64,000 nt of DNA from Nemertoderma westbladi. Its lineage: Eukaryota > Animalia > Xenacoelomorpha. Made by a program: the position numbers and the translations under genes. Position 1 is the first letter of the stretch, and each line of letters begins with the position of its first letter. Under the pieces are notes generated by a model. The model worked only from the letters and a program-made list of their open reading frames with translations. It did no database searches and was not told the DNA's origin. The stretch covers positions 1 through 64,000 of the forward strand of contig JAUCBJ010000981.1 in assembly GCA_032718475.1 (NCBI GenBank), written 5' to 3'. Shown in pieces: positions 50,728 to 63,175 of the stretch.

Positions 50728-53700
50728 TTAAATAATTATTTTATATTTTATGCGTGGGAAGGGCGTCTCGCCCTCATTCCCACCCCCCTCAGTCCAAAAC
50801 TTTGGACGACTAAACACTCTCAGGTGCCCCTTCTTCCGGTAGGCACTCTCCCGCTGCCCTCCTATACGTCCTCTAACTCTTCGCCACACTCTCTTCGGTG
50901 CCACCTTTGCTGGCCTCCCCCTTCGTATGTGCGCTGGCATTAAAGCCCTCGACGACCCCCGCTCGTCCCTCGGTATACACGGCGTCTGCCCGTGTAATGC
51001 CCCCTCGCACTGTGTCAGTCCTGCGTGCGTATGCAACACGCCTCCTTCTACTTTCCCGACTCCTTTATGTTTGCTCATGGGCTTCTCTGCCCCTGGTTTA
51101 GTCCTTTCATATCCTCTCCCTTTCCAGCACTCTCCGGATCTGTGTCCTTTTACCACACATCGATGACATAGTCCGTTTGCGTCTGTGTAGGCTACACGAT
51201 CTCGTTTGGGCAACGCTTGCCAGTACTTGCAACTCCTGGTCTTATGGGTTCCGTCCCGATGTAATTGACATTGGAATCCTGGATTATAGCGTTTCCTGTA
51301 TAGTCCTTCACGTATCGCGCTTAGGTTTATATGTACCGATTTAGTGTTTCGATTGTCTAGACTCGGCCTACTGGGTATATTGGGATTATGTTTATTTTTG
51401 GTGTTATTTTCTTCCTGTCCCCGCCACGGTGTGGCCCTGCTACCAGCTAACTGTGGACTAGCAGTCCCCTGTATGGCCGCGTGTGGTAGTGACTGTCCGC
51501 ACGACCTGCTCTCGTCCAGGGAGTTCGATGTTCTTGCTCCTATCGGGGTATATTGTCGATATTGTGATGGGGGAATGTCACCCTGTCCCCCCCCCCCGCC
51601 GGTATGTTTGGTACTGGGGTTGATGTTAATATATTGGGGCCCATACGTCTATCTCCAATAACTCTCCCCTCCCCTGGATATATGTTATGTCCCTGTGTAT
51701 TATAGTCATGCTGCTGTACCGATATAGGCCTACCTACCTCTCGCCTACCTACCGGTATGTACTCCGCGACTTCCGGGTTTAATCCCGTCGTTCGCGCTAC
51801 CCCATCGCCTACTCTATCTCTCCCAGCATGGCCTATAATAGTATGTGCAGTAAGGCCTACAGTATGTCCTGCAGTCTGCATGTGCCCTTTCGAACCGAAG
51901 TTTATTCTTCGCGAATCTCGAATCTCCCCGCGACTACTGCACTCTCGATCGGCAGCTATATCCCGTCGGGAAGCTTCTCTTCGATCCCCTCTCCTGTTCT
52001 CGACTTGATATCGGTACGTCCTGTACCCCTCTCTTGGCGTGCGGTGCGTTTCTCCGGGGCGACGGCAATCTCCCGAAGTTCGACCCCACTGACTCCCTAA
52101 CTCCATCTCTACTATCGACGGTCCGCTATCTGTCCTCACACTCCTATCGTTCGTGGCGACACCTTTTCTACTATCTCCTCTTCTTCTCTTTTCAGTGCAG
52201 TATTCCGGCTCATGAGATCTCTCGTCGACCTCCCGGTTAAACTCCACTGTTCTTCTTCCCTCTTCTGATCGGGCTCGACGCTTCGCCTGCCCTCTCGCGA
52301 CGTCAACCTGCCTCTCTCTGCTCGATCGCACGCCGCTGGGGATACTCGCAATCCCCCTATTACTCTCCGTCGCCGGGTGTTGCGGTTTACCTGATTCGGC
52401 CCGCGCATTATCCGCTGACGGCTGTGGGACACTCTCTGCCCCCCCTCTCTCTCTACTAATCTCTCGCGGTGGGGTGCCCGTAGCCCCCCCCCCACCCGCC
52501 ACTTCTAACTTCACTATCTCTTACTACACTTCTGCGTCCCTCTTGTCGGACATTCTCTACCCCCCTTCTCTCGCCACTAATCTTTCGTGGTGGGGCTCTT
52601 GTAGCCCCCCCCCCCCCCCCCACTCGCCACATCTAACTTCACTATCTCTTACTTCGTCTCTACACCCCTCTCTAGTCGACGCACTGTCTTTACTACGGCT
52701 GGGTCTATTCACCCCCGCCTCTCTCTCTACTACTGCGTGGCCTATCAGGCCCACCTCGGGTTGGCTCAACCCCGCTACCTCCTGCCTACCAACTACGTGG
52801 CCTACCAGGCCGCCGTCGGGTTGGCTCAACCCTGCCACTTCCTGCCTACTAACTACGTGGCCTACCAGGCCACCGTCTGCCGGGTTATGTACGTCCGACA
52901 CGCTCATATTAATAGCACCATTCCCAATATTATTTGTTAAATCAATTAAATTATTAGAATTTGAAACGGGATTATTATTTAAATTATTTAAATTACTTAG
53001 ATCACTACTATTCTCTAAACTTAAATTATTATTCGAATTATTTTGCGGGTTTGAATTGAAATTATTATTTAGAGTATTTGTATTTAAATTTAAATTACTA
53101 CTACCCGGTAAAATATTATTTCCTGTAATAAAGGGATTAGGGTTATCTACTACGGTACTATTAATATTAACTATTTCTAACGTACTACTATTACCCCCCC
53201 CCCGCCCGTACGGTTACTATGTGCACTATACGTGTACCGCACGCTCTGTTCCTTTTCCTCTCGCTCTGTGCTTATAAGTGGGGGCTCACTCTCTGATATT
53301 TCCAATCGCGCCAGTTCTAGTCGGCGCTTCTTTAGTTTGGCTTGATATTGCGCAAGCCCGCCTAGCACGGCATGCAAATCATCCCGCCTGCGCTCACCCT
53401 CTATCCCCCTCTCTCGCATATTCTGCTCGGCCAACTCTGCCTCTCTCGCAAGCATCTCAAGCCGCCTCGCCGGCTCGCTCTCTACTCCCATCTCTCGCTC
53501 TCTACACTCCTTGGCTCTCTCTCTACACTCCTCGGCCCTCTCTCTACACTCCCTCTCCAACTCTCCTACCTTCTCTGAGAATGCGGTTTCCTCTCTCAAT
53601 CGTCTCTCTAACTCATTCTGCTCTGTCGCAACCATTTCTAATTTATACGCCATGCGTTCACTCTCTCGCACCCGTCTTTCTTTTACGGAGGATGTAGCAG

Positions 53701-54490
53701 ACTTATCGGTTGCGACGGACTCCCGCCGCCCCTCCGTCCTACTAACTTTCCCCCGCCTCCCGGAACTTCCTCCAACCGACGAGACCGAATCCTCGGAGTT
53801 AACCTCGGATTCGCCCTCCTCAGGTCTCTTCCAACCCACTAATTTTACTCCCCGGGCATCGACTAAGTATGGCCCTATGTACACTACGCTAGGTTCCATA
53901 CCCCCACATTCCCATAGTTCAATCAGTTCGTTGGCAACCTCCCTCGCTCTCTCCTCGGCTAGTTCTCTCTGCCCAGAACACACTAGGTGATCAAAGTATC
54001 TGTTCGACTCACCTAGTCCTTTTGTCATCTTGACCTCGTCTATCCTCGCCCCCTCCTTGGCCTCCTTTAGTAGTTCCCGGGTCGCGTTGTAGGCCCGTCG
54101 AAGTCGATCAGAAACCCCGACGTCCTCGTCGCCGACCTCTCTTCCGTCTCTCCGGGTCCGACGTCATACCGACGGCCCCACCGTCGCCGTTCCGGTGGAC
54201 CGTTCGTCGTCCTCGGCCTGTGGCTGGCCGGCGACATCGGTACGTCGACCTTCACTCCGCGTCGACTCGTCTTTCTCCCTTTCGACTCCCGACTCGTCCT
54301 CTCTTTGTAGACGACCCCCCACATCTTGGTTCGCCGGGTCGCTCGTTATCGACGTGGCGTCAACGTGCGTCGACGTGGTCGGCGTAGCATCGACCGGCGT
54401 CGTGGGTTCGTATCGTCTCGCCGTGGCCTCGCGGATCGTTAGATCGTCGTCCGGGGTCCGCGGCGGTGTCGTTCCTTTCTCTCGACTCAT
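50728..54490 (-). pseudogene. Gag-like ORF (~1250 codons when joined): N-terminal domain, coiled coil, Asn-rich and Gly/Arg-rich tracts, BEL/Pao-type zinc knuckles
   Basis: ORF pieces 54164-54490, 53177-54028, 52557-52907, 51540-52514 and 50728-51213 join across one TGA and four G homopolymers. The C-terminus has CQLHRDGTHKTRSC...LCHRCVVKGHRSGEC. Confidence 0.75.
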
Positions 54491-55559
54491 CTTTGTCTTT
54501 GGTGGCTGGCAGCCACAGTCTGTCAGTTGGTTGGATCTAGTTCTATCACTGTCAGACTGTTAGGGCAGCTGCTAGGATTCTATCAACTGTCAGGGCAGCT
54601 GGGCGGATCTGATTCTGTCACTGTCAGGGCAGCTGGGTGGATCTGATTCTGTCACTGTGACGGGATCTACGGATCCCGGTTTATCCGTTGGGTTTTCTAT
54701 CCACGCGTCCCCGCCGTGTGTGAAAGGTAAAAGAGTTCTGATGTTCGGTAATATGTATAAAGGTATAATAGTCTGATATAGCACAGTATAGTATGACACG
54801 GTTACCGGTAGATAAGTATGATGGCGGTAGCGGACGGTGACAGAAGTCCCCGTTCCACCCTACTGATCTGACTGAGTAAACTAAACTGAATAGGGAAGCA
54901 CCAACAGGTAATATATGTACTGCACAGTTGGCCATATTACTGTACCTAGTCGATGCTGTCCCCCCATTGGCTAATATCCCACTTCTCGCCCTTTCACCTT
55001 CCCTGGTGTGTTTCCCGTTGCCCCTGTTGTTCTCTCTCTGTTAGGGGTTTGGCCCCTGACCCCTATTGTGTGTGTCTCCTTTGGGGCCTATTGTCCCCGT
55101 TTACTGGGCTGACACGAGGTTGATTGGTAATCAACCTCGTGCTCCCAATATTGCTCAACGGCTTACTTTGTGGGTTCATGTTAGCGGAATTGGATAAGCT
55201 AACAGGTCCATCCAATGTCTCATCCTCCTTTTTCAGTCAATTAGTCCCCAGTCCCAGTAGCTAATTGGAAAAGGTTATATCTGACTATAGTACATATATT
55301 ATAGTTTCTTTGATTGCTTCTTTGATACATTGATTGATTACCTACGTATATACAAATTGCACTCATGTTAATTGCACTTAGGAATTATTTGTACTGGTCT
55401 GTCCATGCGGTGCCTTCTAGACACGTTGACATAGCTTGTAATCAGTCCTAAAGTTCTATGTTGCTCCTCCTGCACCCTCCGGGAACCATCTCAGTCCTGC
55501 CTGGGTCGCTTCCTCCCTTCCTGTTTACTCTTGAGGCTACTCATCCTCGCTGATACCGT

Positions 55560-57497
55560 CTTACCTCTTATTTCTCAATCTGGGGTTTTACCTATAGGTC
55601 TAAGCGATCATTTTATAGTTTTTTGCACAAGAAAGACACAAAAATCTTTTTTCGGGGATCATAAAACAGTAACAGTTAGGTCTATGAAAAATTACAGCAA
55701 GGAACGCTTTTTAAGTTTGTTAGTTCATTCTGACTGGGAACCCTCTTTTAAGGCCGCTGACATTAACCATGCGTACACTGTTTTTAAAGATATATTTCTA
55801 AAGGTACTTAATACTGTAGCTGTAGCACCAATTAAAGAAATTAGTCTTAAACAACGCACTGAGCCCTGGATGACCTCGGGTATTCTTAGTAATATCATAG
55901 AAAGAGATAACTATTTGTATAAATTTAGGAAATACCGTGTTTTAGCTGATTATAATAATTACTGCAAATATAGAAACCTTGTCCAACGGGAAATAAAAAA
56001 AGCGAAATCTGAATATTTATACAACAAAATAAGTGAGAATAAAGATAATCCTAAAAGTCTATGGTCTACCCTAAAATCTTTAGGTTATAAAAACCTTAAA
56101 TCTAAATCGAATATTGTTCTGCAAGATAACGGTGAGCTGATTCATGATTATACTCTAGTTAGTAATTTATTTAATAATTATTTTACTAATGTTGCCTCTA
56201 ATTTAGTTAAGAAGTTACCGTTATCAAGTAATAAATATAGTATAGGGTCCGAAACTCTAAATAATTTTTATTTAGAAAAGTTACAAAATTCTGAAAAGTT
56301 ATTTTTAAAACCCATTTCTGAGGATTTCGTTTTACAAAATCTACTTAGCCTATCAGCCTCAAAAAGTACCGGTCTAGACCTTATACCTGCCCGTTTTCTT
56401 AAGGATGGTGCTGAAGTACTTAAAGTGCCTATTACTTTTATTATTAATTACTCTATCGTAGCTAATGTAGTACCAGACGAACTGAAATTAGCTAAGGTTG
56501 TTCCTCTGTATAAAAAGAATAGTAAAGTAGAACCCTGTAATTACAGACCTGTTAGTATCTTAAGTGTTGTATCTAAAATTCTAGAACGTTCTGTTTTTCT
56601 ACAGCTGGAAGCACATCTTAGTAGGCTAAATCTGATCTATGAACATCAGTCCGGTTTTCGTAAATAATATTCTACAGACACCTGTCTTATTAACTTAACT
56701 GATACAATTAGATGTAATAACGCAAAGGGTTTAATACTGGTATGGTAATGTTGGACCTACAAAAGGCTTTCGATACTATAGATCACGAAATTCTGCTTGG
56801 TAAGTTAGGCATGATGGGTGTAGGTTCTATAGACTGGTTCAAGTCCTACCTGTCAGACAGAGGTCAAACTGTAGTCATTAGCAAATCGCAGTCTACTGTA
56901 CAAGAGATTACCTGTGGTGTACCGCAAGGTAGTATCCTCAAGGTAGGTCCTCTGCTTTTTTATGCTATGTAAATGATATGATAAGTAGTATAGATCCCGA
57001 TTTTAAACTCATTTTATATGCCGACGACAGTGCTCTTATTTTCTCTCATAAAGATCCTATCCATATTTCCCAAAAGTTAAGTGCAGTTCTAGAATCCTGT
57101 AATGAGTGGTTGGTTGATAATAAGCTATCCATTCACTACGGTAAGACTGAAATTATTTTGTTTGGTTCCAACAGAAAGTTAAAGAAGGTAACTAAGTTTG
57201 AAGTCACTAGAAATGGACATAAGATTGAAAATAAAAAGGAAGTTAACTATTTAGGCGCCACATTGGATAACTGCTTATCAGGAGAAAGTACAGTGAAAAA
57301 TATTTTCTCGAAAGTTAACAGTAGGCTTAGGTTTCTATACAGAAATAAAAATAGTTTAAACACCGACTCCCGCAAGTTAATTTGCACTTCTTTAATACAG
57401 TGTCACATGGACTATGCATGCTCTTCTTGGTATGAAGGCTTAACCAAACAGCTTAAATGTTAAGTTACTTTGCTCTTCTTTAATACAGTGTCACATG
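55560..57497 (+). mobile_element. L2/Crack-type LINE fragment (APE end plus RT), frameshifted
   Basis: [54 protein letters not shown]. Confidence 0.9.
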
Positions 57498-59750
57498 GTT
57501 CCTTGGGCATGGGTGTTATTAACTCACGGTATCGCTTCGCAGGTGGTCCCACTGAGTGTTCCTCCTGTTTCCCCCTGGTAGCGTCCCACAAGATCATTTT
57601 CATCGCATGCGGCATGTGTTCCGCCAGAAAATCCCTGAATTCTATCCTATTTTCTGGTGACTACCTATCCAGATATCTTTGGGTGTTGATGACCCCTCCG
57701 TATGATGCCGCTGTCGCTACCTCCTGATACGTGAATGGTAGTCTCCTCTTGGTAATCTGCTGGTAGGCTTGTAGATTAATGTTGAAGAAGCCCCACCGGA
57801 ACTCCTGGGCCTTCATCCTTTGCCTTGTCATGACTCCGACAATGGCCCACTCCTCGAAAATGCGAAACTTCTCCTCGTCCTCCATCCTGTTACACTAGCA
57901 CTCAAAGTGCCCCCTAAACTTGCTCTTCGAACACCTGTGGTGCAACCTTGGGCATGCGCCCATCCTCTGCATAGACTCGCGGCAGTAAAGACACGCCGTC
58001 CCCTTCTGGTAACGGTACAGACAGTTCTTTTGCTGATTCACTTGAATCACCACGCGCATTTCCCATCGACATCTGTGGGGCATTTACTGCCCCCCCCCCC
58101 CCCCTCTCGTCGCTAACTGGTTGCGGTGGGGTGTCTGTAGCCCCCCCCCCCCCCCCCACCCACCAATCACTTCTCACTTCGCCCCCATGCCCGCGTTTTC
58201 CTCCAGTCGACACGTCATTTCTATATATATCTCCCTGCGTTCGTTCGCCTGCATTTCTCCCTGCGCAACCGCGCGGCCTTGTAGGCCCGCCCGGGCTAGG
58301 CGTATTACCTGTATCACCAACATTCGTTTTAATTATACAGCCACTAGCTTCACCCTGCTGATTTGTTATATTATTACTTGCATTATTTTGATTAATTTCA
58401 CCGGAATTATTTATAATATTATTATTTACTGTACCCGGGTTATTATTTAAATTATTTTGATTATCTGGCGCACCAATATTTACATTATTATTAATCAAAA
58501 CATTATTTCCTGCAAGAAATGTTTCATTAGTATTAGGGTTATCTACTACGGTACTATTAATATTGATGTTTTCATTAAACATATTGTCATTACCACCCCC
58601 CCCCCGTCTGTCCGGTTGCACCAGTTTTGGGTCTGTTGTCTGGCACCTATAAGTGGCGTATTAACAAAGGTTTCCATCACCCCTGGTTCCTCATAAATAC
58701 TTCCCGAACCAGCCTCGCTCTCTGATAAACCCATTTTTGCCAGTTCTAATCGCCCGTTTTGCTTCGCCTGATACTGCATTAACCCCCTCAACTGGGTATG
58801 CATATCATCCCTCATACGTTTACCCGCTCTCTCTCCCTCTCTATCGTCTCTAATACTCTGATCAGCCTCCCTTGCAATCCTCTCAGCTTTCCTCGCATCT
58901 CGCTCTTTGCGCTCGTTCGTTTCTCTCTCAACCCGTTCTCTGCGCTCACTCATCCCCATCTCCTCTCATTCCCTATAATTTCTCGCCACCTTCTCGGCCC
59001 TCTCTTTGCACTCTCTCGCTAGTTCCCTTTCCCTTTCTAGCAACACAGTCCCCTCATCCAGCTGTTTCTCTAGTTCCTTTTGGTCTAGCACGACTATGTC
59101 TAGCTGACATGCCAGATCTATCTCTAACACCCTTCTTGCTTTCGCGGAGGATGTAGCGGACTTTTCGGTTGCGACGGACTCCCGTCGCCTGTTCATCCTA
59201 CTGATTTTGCCATGCTTACTAGCATTCCTACTAACCAATGACACCGAATCTTCGGGGTTAACCTCGGGTTCGGCGTTGTGCGGATCCGCCCACCCCACTA
59301 ACATAATCCGCTCGCATCCACTAGATAGGGCCCTACATACACTACACTAGCTGCCACCACTTTGGATCGCCACAATTCAAACAGTTCTGTGGCTACCCCC
59401 CTCGCCCTCTCACTTGCTAGTTCCCCCTGCCCAAATCAGACTAGGTAGTGGAAATGTTTGTTGCACTCACCTAGCCTCTGGTACAACTTGGGCTGGTCTA
59501 CCTTTCCTCCAGTTTTAGCGTCCTTTAACAACTTCCTCGTGGAGTTGTACCCTTGTTGCAGGCGATCACTCGTCCCGACGTCTTCCTCCTGGGACCTTGC
59601 CTCCTCGTCCGCTGCCGTACCGTCGGTCCCACCATTGCCATTCCGGTGGGCCGCTTGCCGCCTTCAGCCACTGGTTGGCTAGCGACTCCGGTACCTCGTT
59701 CGCCGCTGTGATCTCGCGTCGACTCACTCCCCTCTCCTCCTGGCAGTGAA
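57498..59750 (-). pseudogene. Degraded Gag-like ORF homologous to the N-terminal half of the 50728-54490 protein
   Basis: EVNPEDSVS...RRESVATEKSATSS matches EVNSEDSVS...RRESVATDKSATSS; GLMQYQAK..RLELA matches GLAQYQAK..RLELA; NINSTVVDNPN is shared. Confidence 0.85.
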
Positions 59751-60038
59751 TTATTTTTAATTTGAGATTCTAGATCAGTTTTTTCCACTAAATTCAGCCA
59801 GTCAATAGTTATCCTGATTAAATTACAAATTACTGTTCGGTTCGTCAAAACAATATTTCCGGAATTTCCTGTATAAAATAAATATTTTTTTTAATTTTTA
59901 ACCCACATGATCCGCAATAAGATTCTGTGCCAGTAAAGATTCCTGTAAACATGATCATTATTGAACATTCAGTAATCCTGTAAAGTGTACCAATGTGTTA
60001 TTAGTAAATGAATGGGAAAAAATTCCAGGACTGCTCAC

Positions 60039-60117
60039 CTGAAGGTATTACGCAATCCCATGGTCCACCGCTATAAGGCGCTAAATATAAGTTGTTAGGT
60101 ATTTTAGAATGTACCAT
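60039..60117 (-). CDS. Candidate first coding exon of the GPCR
   Basis: ATG in AGAATGG context; encodes MVHSKIPNNLYLAPYSGGPWDCVIPS+G; donor AG|GTGAGC in phase 1 matches the phase-1 acceptor at 13288. Lies in non-repetitive sequence. Confidence 0.35.
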
Positions 60118-60848
60118 TCTGTAGGCATTGCAATATTTTTATTTTATTTTGCTGTTGCGGACCGGTAGACTGCTGTGTTGGTTTCTGGTCAGACATTGCC
60201 TGATTGCTGCATTGTGCTGTTGTGGTTGTGGAACTACGGCAATACCAGCAGGTACTGCTGCTGTGCTGGTCTGGCATTTTGACTACCAGTTGCAAGAGAA
60301 TCAGTTGAGAAATAGTCAGGTGCTGTACCAACAATCATAGACCTCTTGCAGTATGCAGTTTCATTGTGCTGTGGTGTTACAGTGGTGTGAAACTATGATA
60401 TTGAAACTGAACTACAGCAGTAGAGTTCCACACAATTCGGAACGGTTAACACTTATTCCAGAAATTAACAACTCTGGACAAGCAACACCAACTCTGTAAA
60501 ATCCCTGCTGCAACCTACGGAAAGTTTTATTTTCTGCACCGAAGACTGAGCCAGGTGCAAAAAATCCTGCAACACCTTGGTTCAAAGCTGCACCAGCAAT
60601 TCAAAAATCGCACCAAGCTCAGCATCTCTATCATTGCTGATGCTACTTGACCAGAATTGGTATGGTTGACTATTTCTGATCGGGAGATACTCATAGTCAT
60701 TAGTTTTTGTAACACTACTGACAACCTCTAGCTAGGATATGGATACTGGCATATCAATTGATAATTTAGGCTAAAGTTGTAGATACCAATTTCCTACTGT
60801 ACATAGTTCTGTAAATTAACATATATACTGTACTGTTGGTTGTGTAAT

Positions 60849-61670
60849 TACTACTACTACTACTACTAGGTCGAGCGAACTCGGACAGTGGAAATGAGAA
60901 CCTTCCAGGCTCCCCGATTCTCTATAGTTGTCGCAATTTCGTTTCTCCCAAGTTCAGCATCCCTTTCAAGTTGATCTATTTATGTTATTATGGCTGGTCA
61001 TTCACAACTACACTTTCCATGCATGAGTTGGTTGCCAGAAAAGTAGATCTGGTATGACCTCGTCTTTACTTCGCCAGCAGTGCCCACTGAATCTTAATCT
61101 ACGTTCACGGAGGGTGGTTGATACAGGTGGTATTGTACCATAAAGCTCGGTGTTTGTCATGTGTTGTCTCCAGCTGATGTTTAGGGCTGCCCTTAGTAGT
61201 TTTGTGTAGCAACCATCAATTTGTTGTTCAAGTGATTTAGTCAGTGTCCAGGTCTCACCCCCATAAAAAATACACTTTCCATTGTGGCTCGAAAGAACTT
61301 AGTCTACAGGTGCCTGGGCTGGAGAGATCTGTTTCCAGATGGTATCCATTTTTGATAGAGCTACCCAAGCCTTTGCTTTCCTAACTTCTATGTCCTTTTT
61401 CTACTACTCTCTATCCATGATCCTAGATACTGTAAGTTGTCAACCTTTCTTAGTTGATTATTATCAATGGTTATCAAGTTTCAATCAACATTAAAAGTCA
61501 TTAATTCGGTCTTGGTAGCATTTATATGCAATCCAACCTCCTTAGCAGCCATCTCCAATTTATTTAGTAGAAGCTGTGTATCTGCTAGCATATTAGAGAG
61601 CAGGTAATGTCATCCGCAAAGTCGGTGTCTGTGACTGTAGTTGCTGGATATCTACTACTTCTGCGCTCTT
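60849..61670 (-). mobile_element. 5'-truncated RTE LINE with (TAG)n tail, same family as 45170-45590
   Basis: Reverse complement matches 45170-45590; (CTA)n at 60849-60868. Confidence 0.88.
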
Positions 61671-61808
61671 GACTATAATTTTTATATTAACATTAACAAT
61701 GTACAGCAGTACAGCAACCTAACAAATTAGGCCTAGCTGACACCTGATGTTCTAATACAGTTTCGTAAGCGGCCCTCCCGCACTAACTTAAGTTATATAA
61801 CCCTTATA

Positions 61809-62747
61809 ATGGCTCCCAAGCCTGATGTTCAAGCCATCACAGCCAGACTGGACAACCAAGACAAGATTCTTAAGTCCCTAGCAACTGGTATCCAGAAAAT
61901 TTCATTCCAACTTATCCAACTTAGTCCAGCTGTCGGTACCAACCCAGCTGTCGGTACCAACCCGCCAACTCTTGCTGATAAAATAAACTTCCTCCGTCAG
62001 GAGAATCAGTCCCTTAAGGATGACTTAGTGGAATCCAAACGCAGTAACGACTCTCTAAGTCAGTACATTAACAGGAATAATGTGCTTATTCACAGAATAC
62101 TGGAATCCAATACAACCAGCGATTGCAAGCAGATTCTCGATATCTTAACTTCAGTTGGAATCAAACACTACCAAGTCGATGTTATCCACTGCCTTGGTAA
62201 ATCCACCAATAGAGTTGGTACCAAAAGTAGGCCAATCATAATACGATTTCTTGGCTACTCACCGACACCGAGATATAATCTATTTAGGGAGAAAGATAAA
62301 CTTCCTCCTAATGCTTACCCCTCCAATTATTTAACCCCTTTCCATTCATCCCTCCATCGCTCCACTACCTCACTAAAGAAAAAGCATATAGTCCATACGG
62401 CCTGCCCGTACAATGGCAACATATTCGTTCACCTTGGAAAAGATACTAACCCTATTCTGATCATCGACCACCAGAGTGATATCGCAAGATATAATCTATT
62501 TAGGGAGAAAGATAAACTTACTCCTAATGCTTACCCCTCCAATCATTTAACCCTTTTCCATTCATCCCTCCATCGTTCCACTACCTCACTAAAGAAAAAG
62601 CATATAGTCCATACGGCCTGCTCGTACAATGGCAACATATTCGTTCGCCTTGGAAAAGATACTAACCCTATTCTGATCATTGACCAGAGTGATATCGATG
62701 GTATTGAGTCCGACCCCAAAGCTACCAGTCATGTCCTACGCGGATGA
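61809..62747 (+). CDS. LINE ORF1-like protein (coiled coil plus RRM-like domain) with an in-frame 72-aa duplication
   Basis: LRQENQSLK coiled coil, RNNVLIH, IHCLGK...RPIIIRF; 216-bp duplication starting at 62271 and 62487. Probably transposon-derived. Confidence 0.65.
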   Translation: MAPKPDVQAITARLDNQDKILKSLATGIQKISFQLIQLSPAVGTNPAVGTNPPTLADKINFLRQENQSLKDDLVESKRSNDSLSQYINRNNVLIHRILESNTTSDCKQILDILTSVGIKHYQVDVIHCLGKSTNRVGTKSRPIIIRFLGYSPTPRYNLFREKDKLPPNAYPSNYLTPFHSSLHRSTTSLKKKHIVHTACPYNGNIFVHLGKDTNPILIIDHQSDIARYNLFREKDKLTPNAYPSNHLTLFHSSLHRSTTSLKKKHIVHTACSYNGNIFVRLGKDTNPILIIDQSDIDGIESDPKATSHVLRG

Positions 62748-63175
62748 AATATGCAGAAAGACAGAGATCGACCTTGCAACTCCATGGATCGCACCACCAG
62801 ATACTGATACCAACGTAATCTACATGAACTATCATCTCGTTCCACCACATCGGGGCAATCTGTTTCGCCTGTTAATCTTGATCAACGCGCAACTGGTGGA
62901 CTTTCCGATACTCTCTTGGCTACTCTACTGGGTCCATGCTCAACATTTCTAGCTCTAGTACCTACCTAGGCTGCACTCTGTCATCTACAATTAATCAATC
63001 AATAATAATAATTAATAACACTTTTTTCCTTTATTCTACATGGAATAGGTTATTCTATGGATTGGACTGTTGTATGTAGTGTACTATATGACTAATGTTG
63101 AATACTGGTTGGTACAACCAATATAGCTAGGGTGACGGGACCGGTATTAATAAAATTGATTGGAAGTATTTCAGG

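Larger units (their letters stand above)
48323..55204 (-). mobile_element. Young non-autonomous LTR retrotransposon encoding only a Gag-like protein
   Basis: 549-bp LTRs (48323-48871 and 54656-55204; one mismatch seen), TGT...ACA termini, 5-bp TSD GGTCC, PPT at 48872-48880 (plus-strand C run). No protease, RT, RNase H or integrase motifs. Confidence 0.93.

Noticed and set aside
52474-53990. Plus-strand Leu/Ser-rich ORFs
   Set aside because: Antisense shadows of the purine-rich Gag-like ORF.
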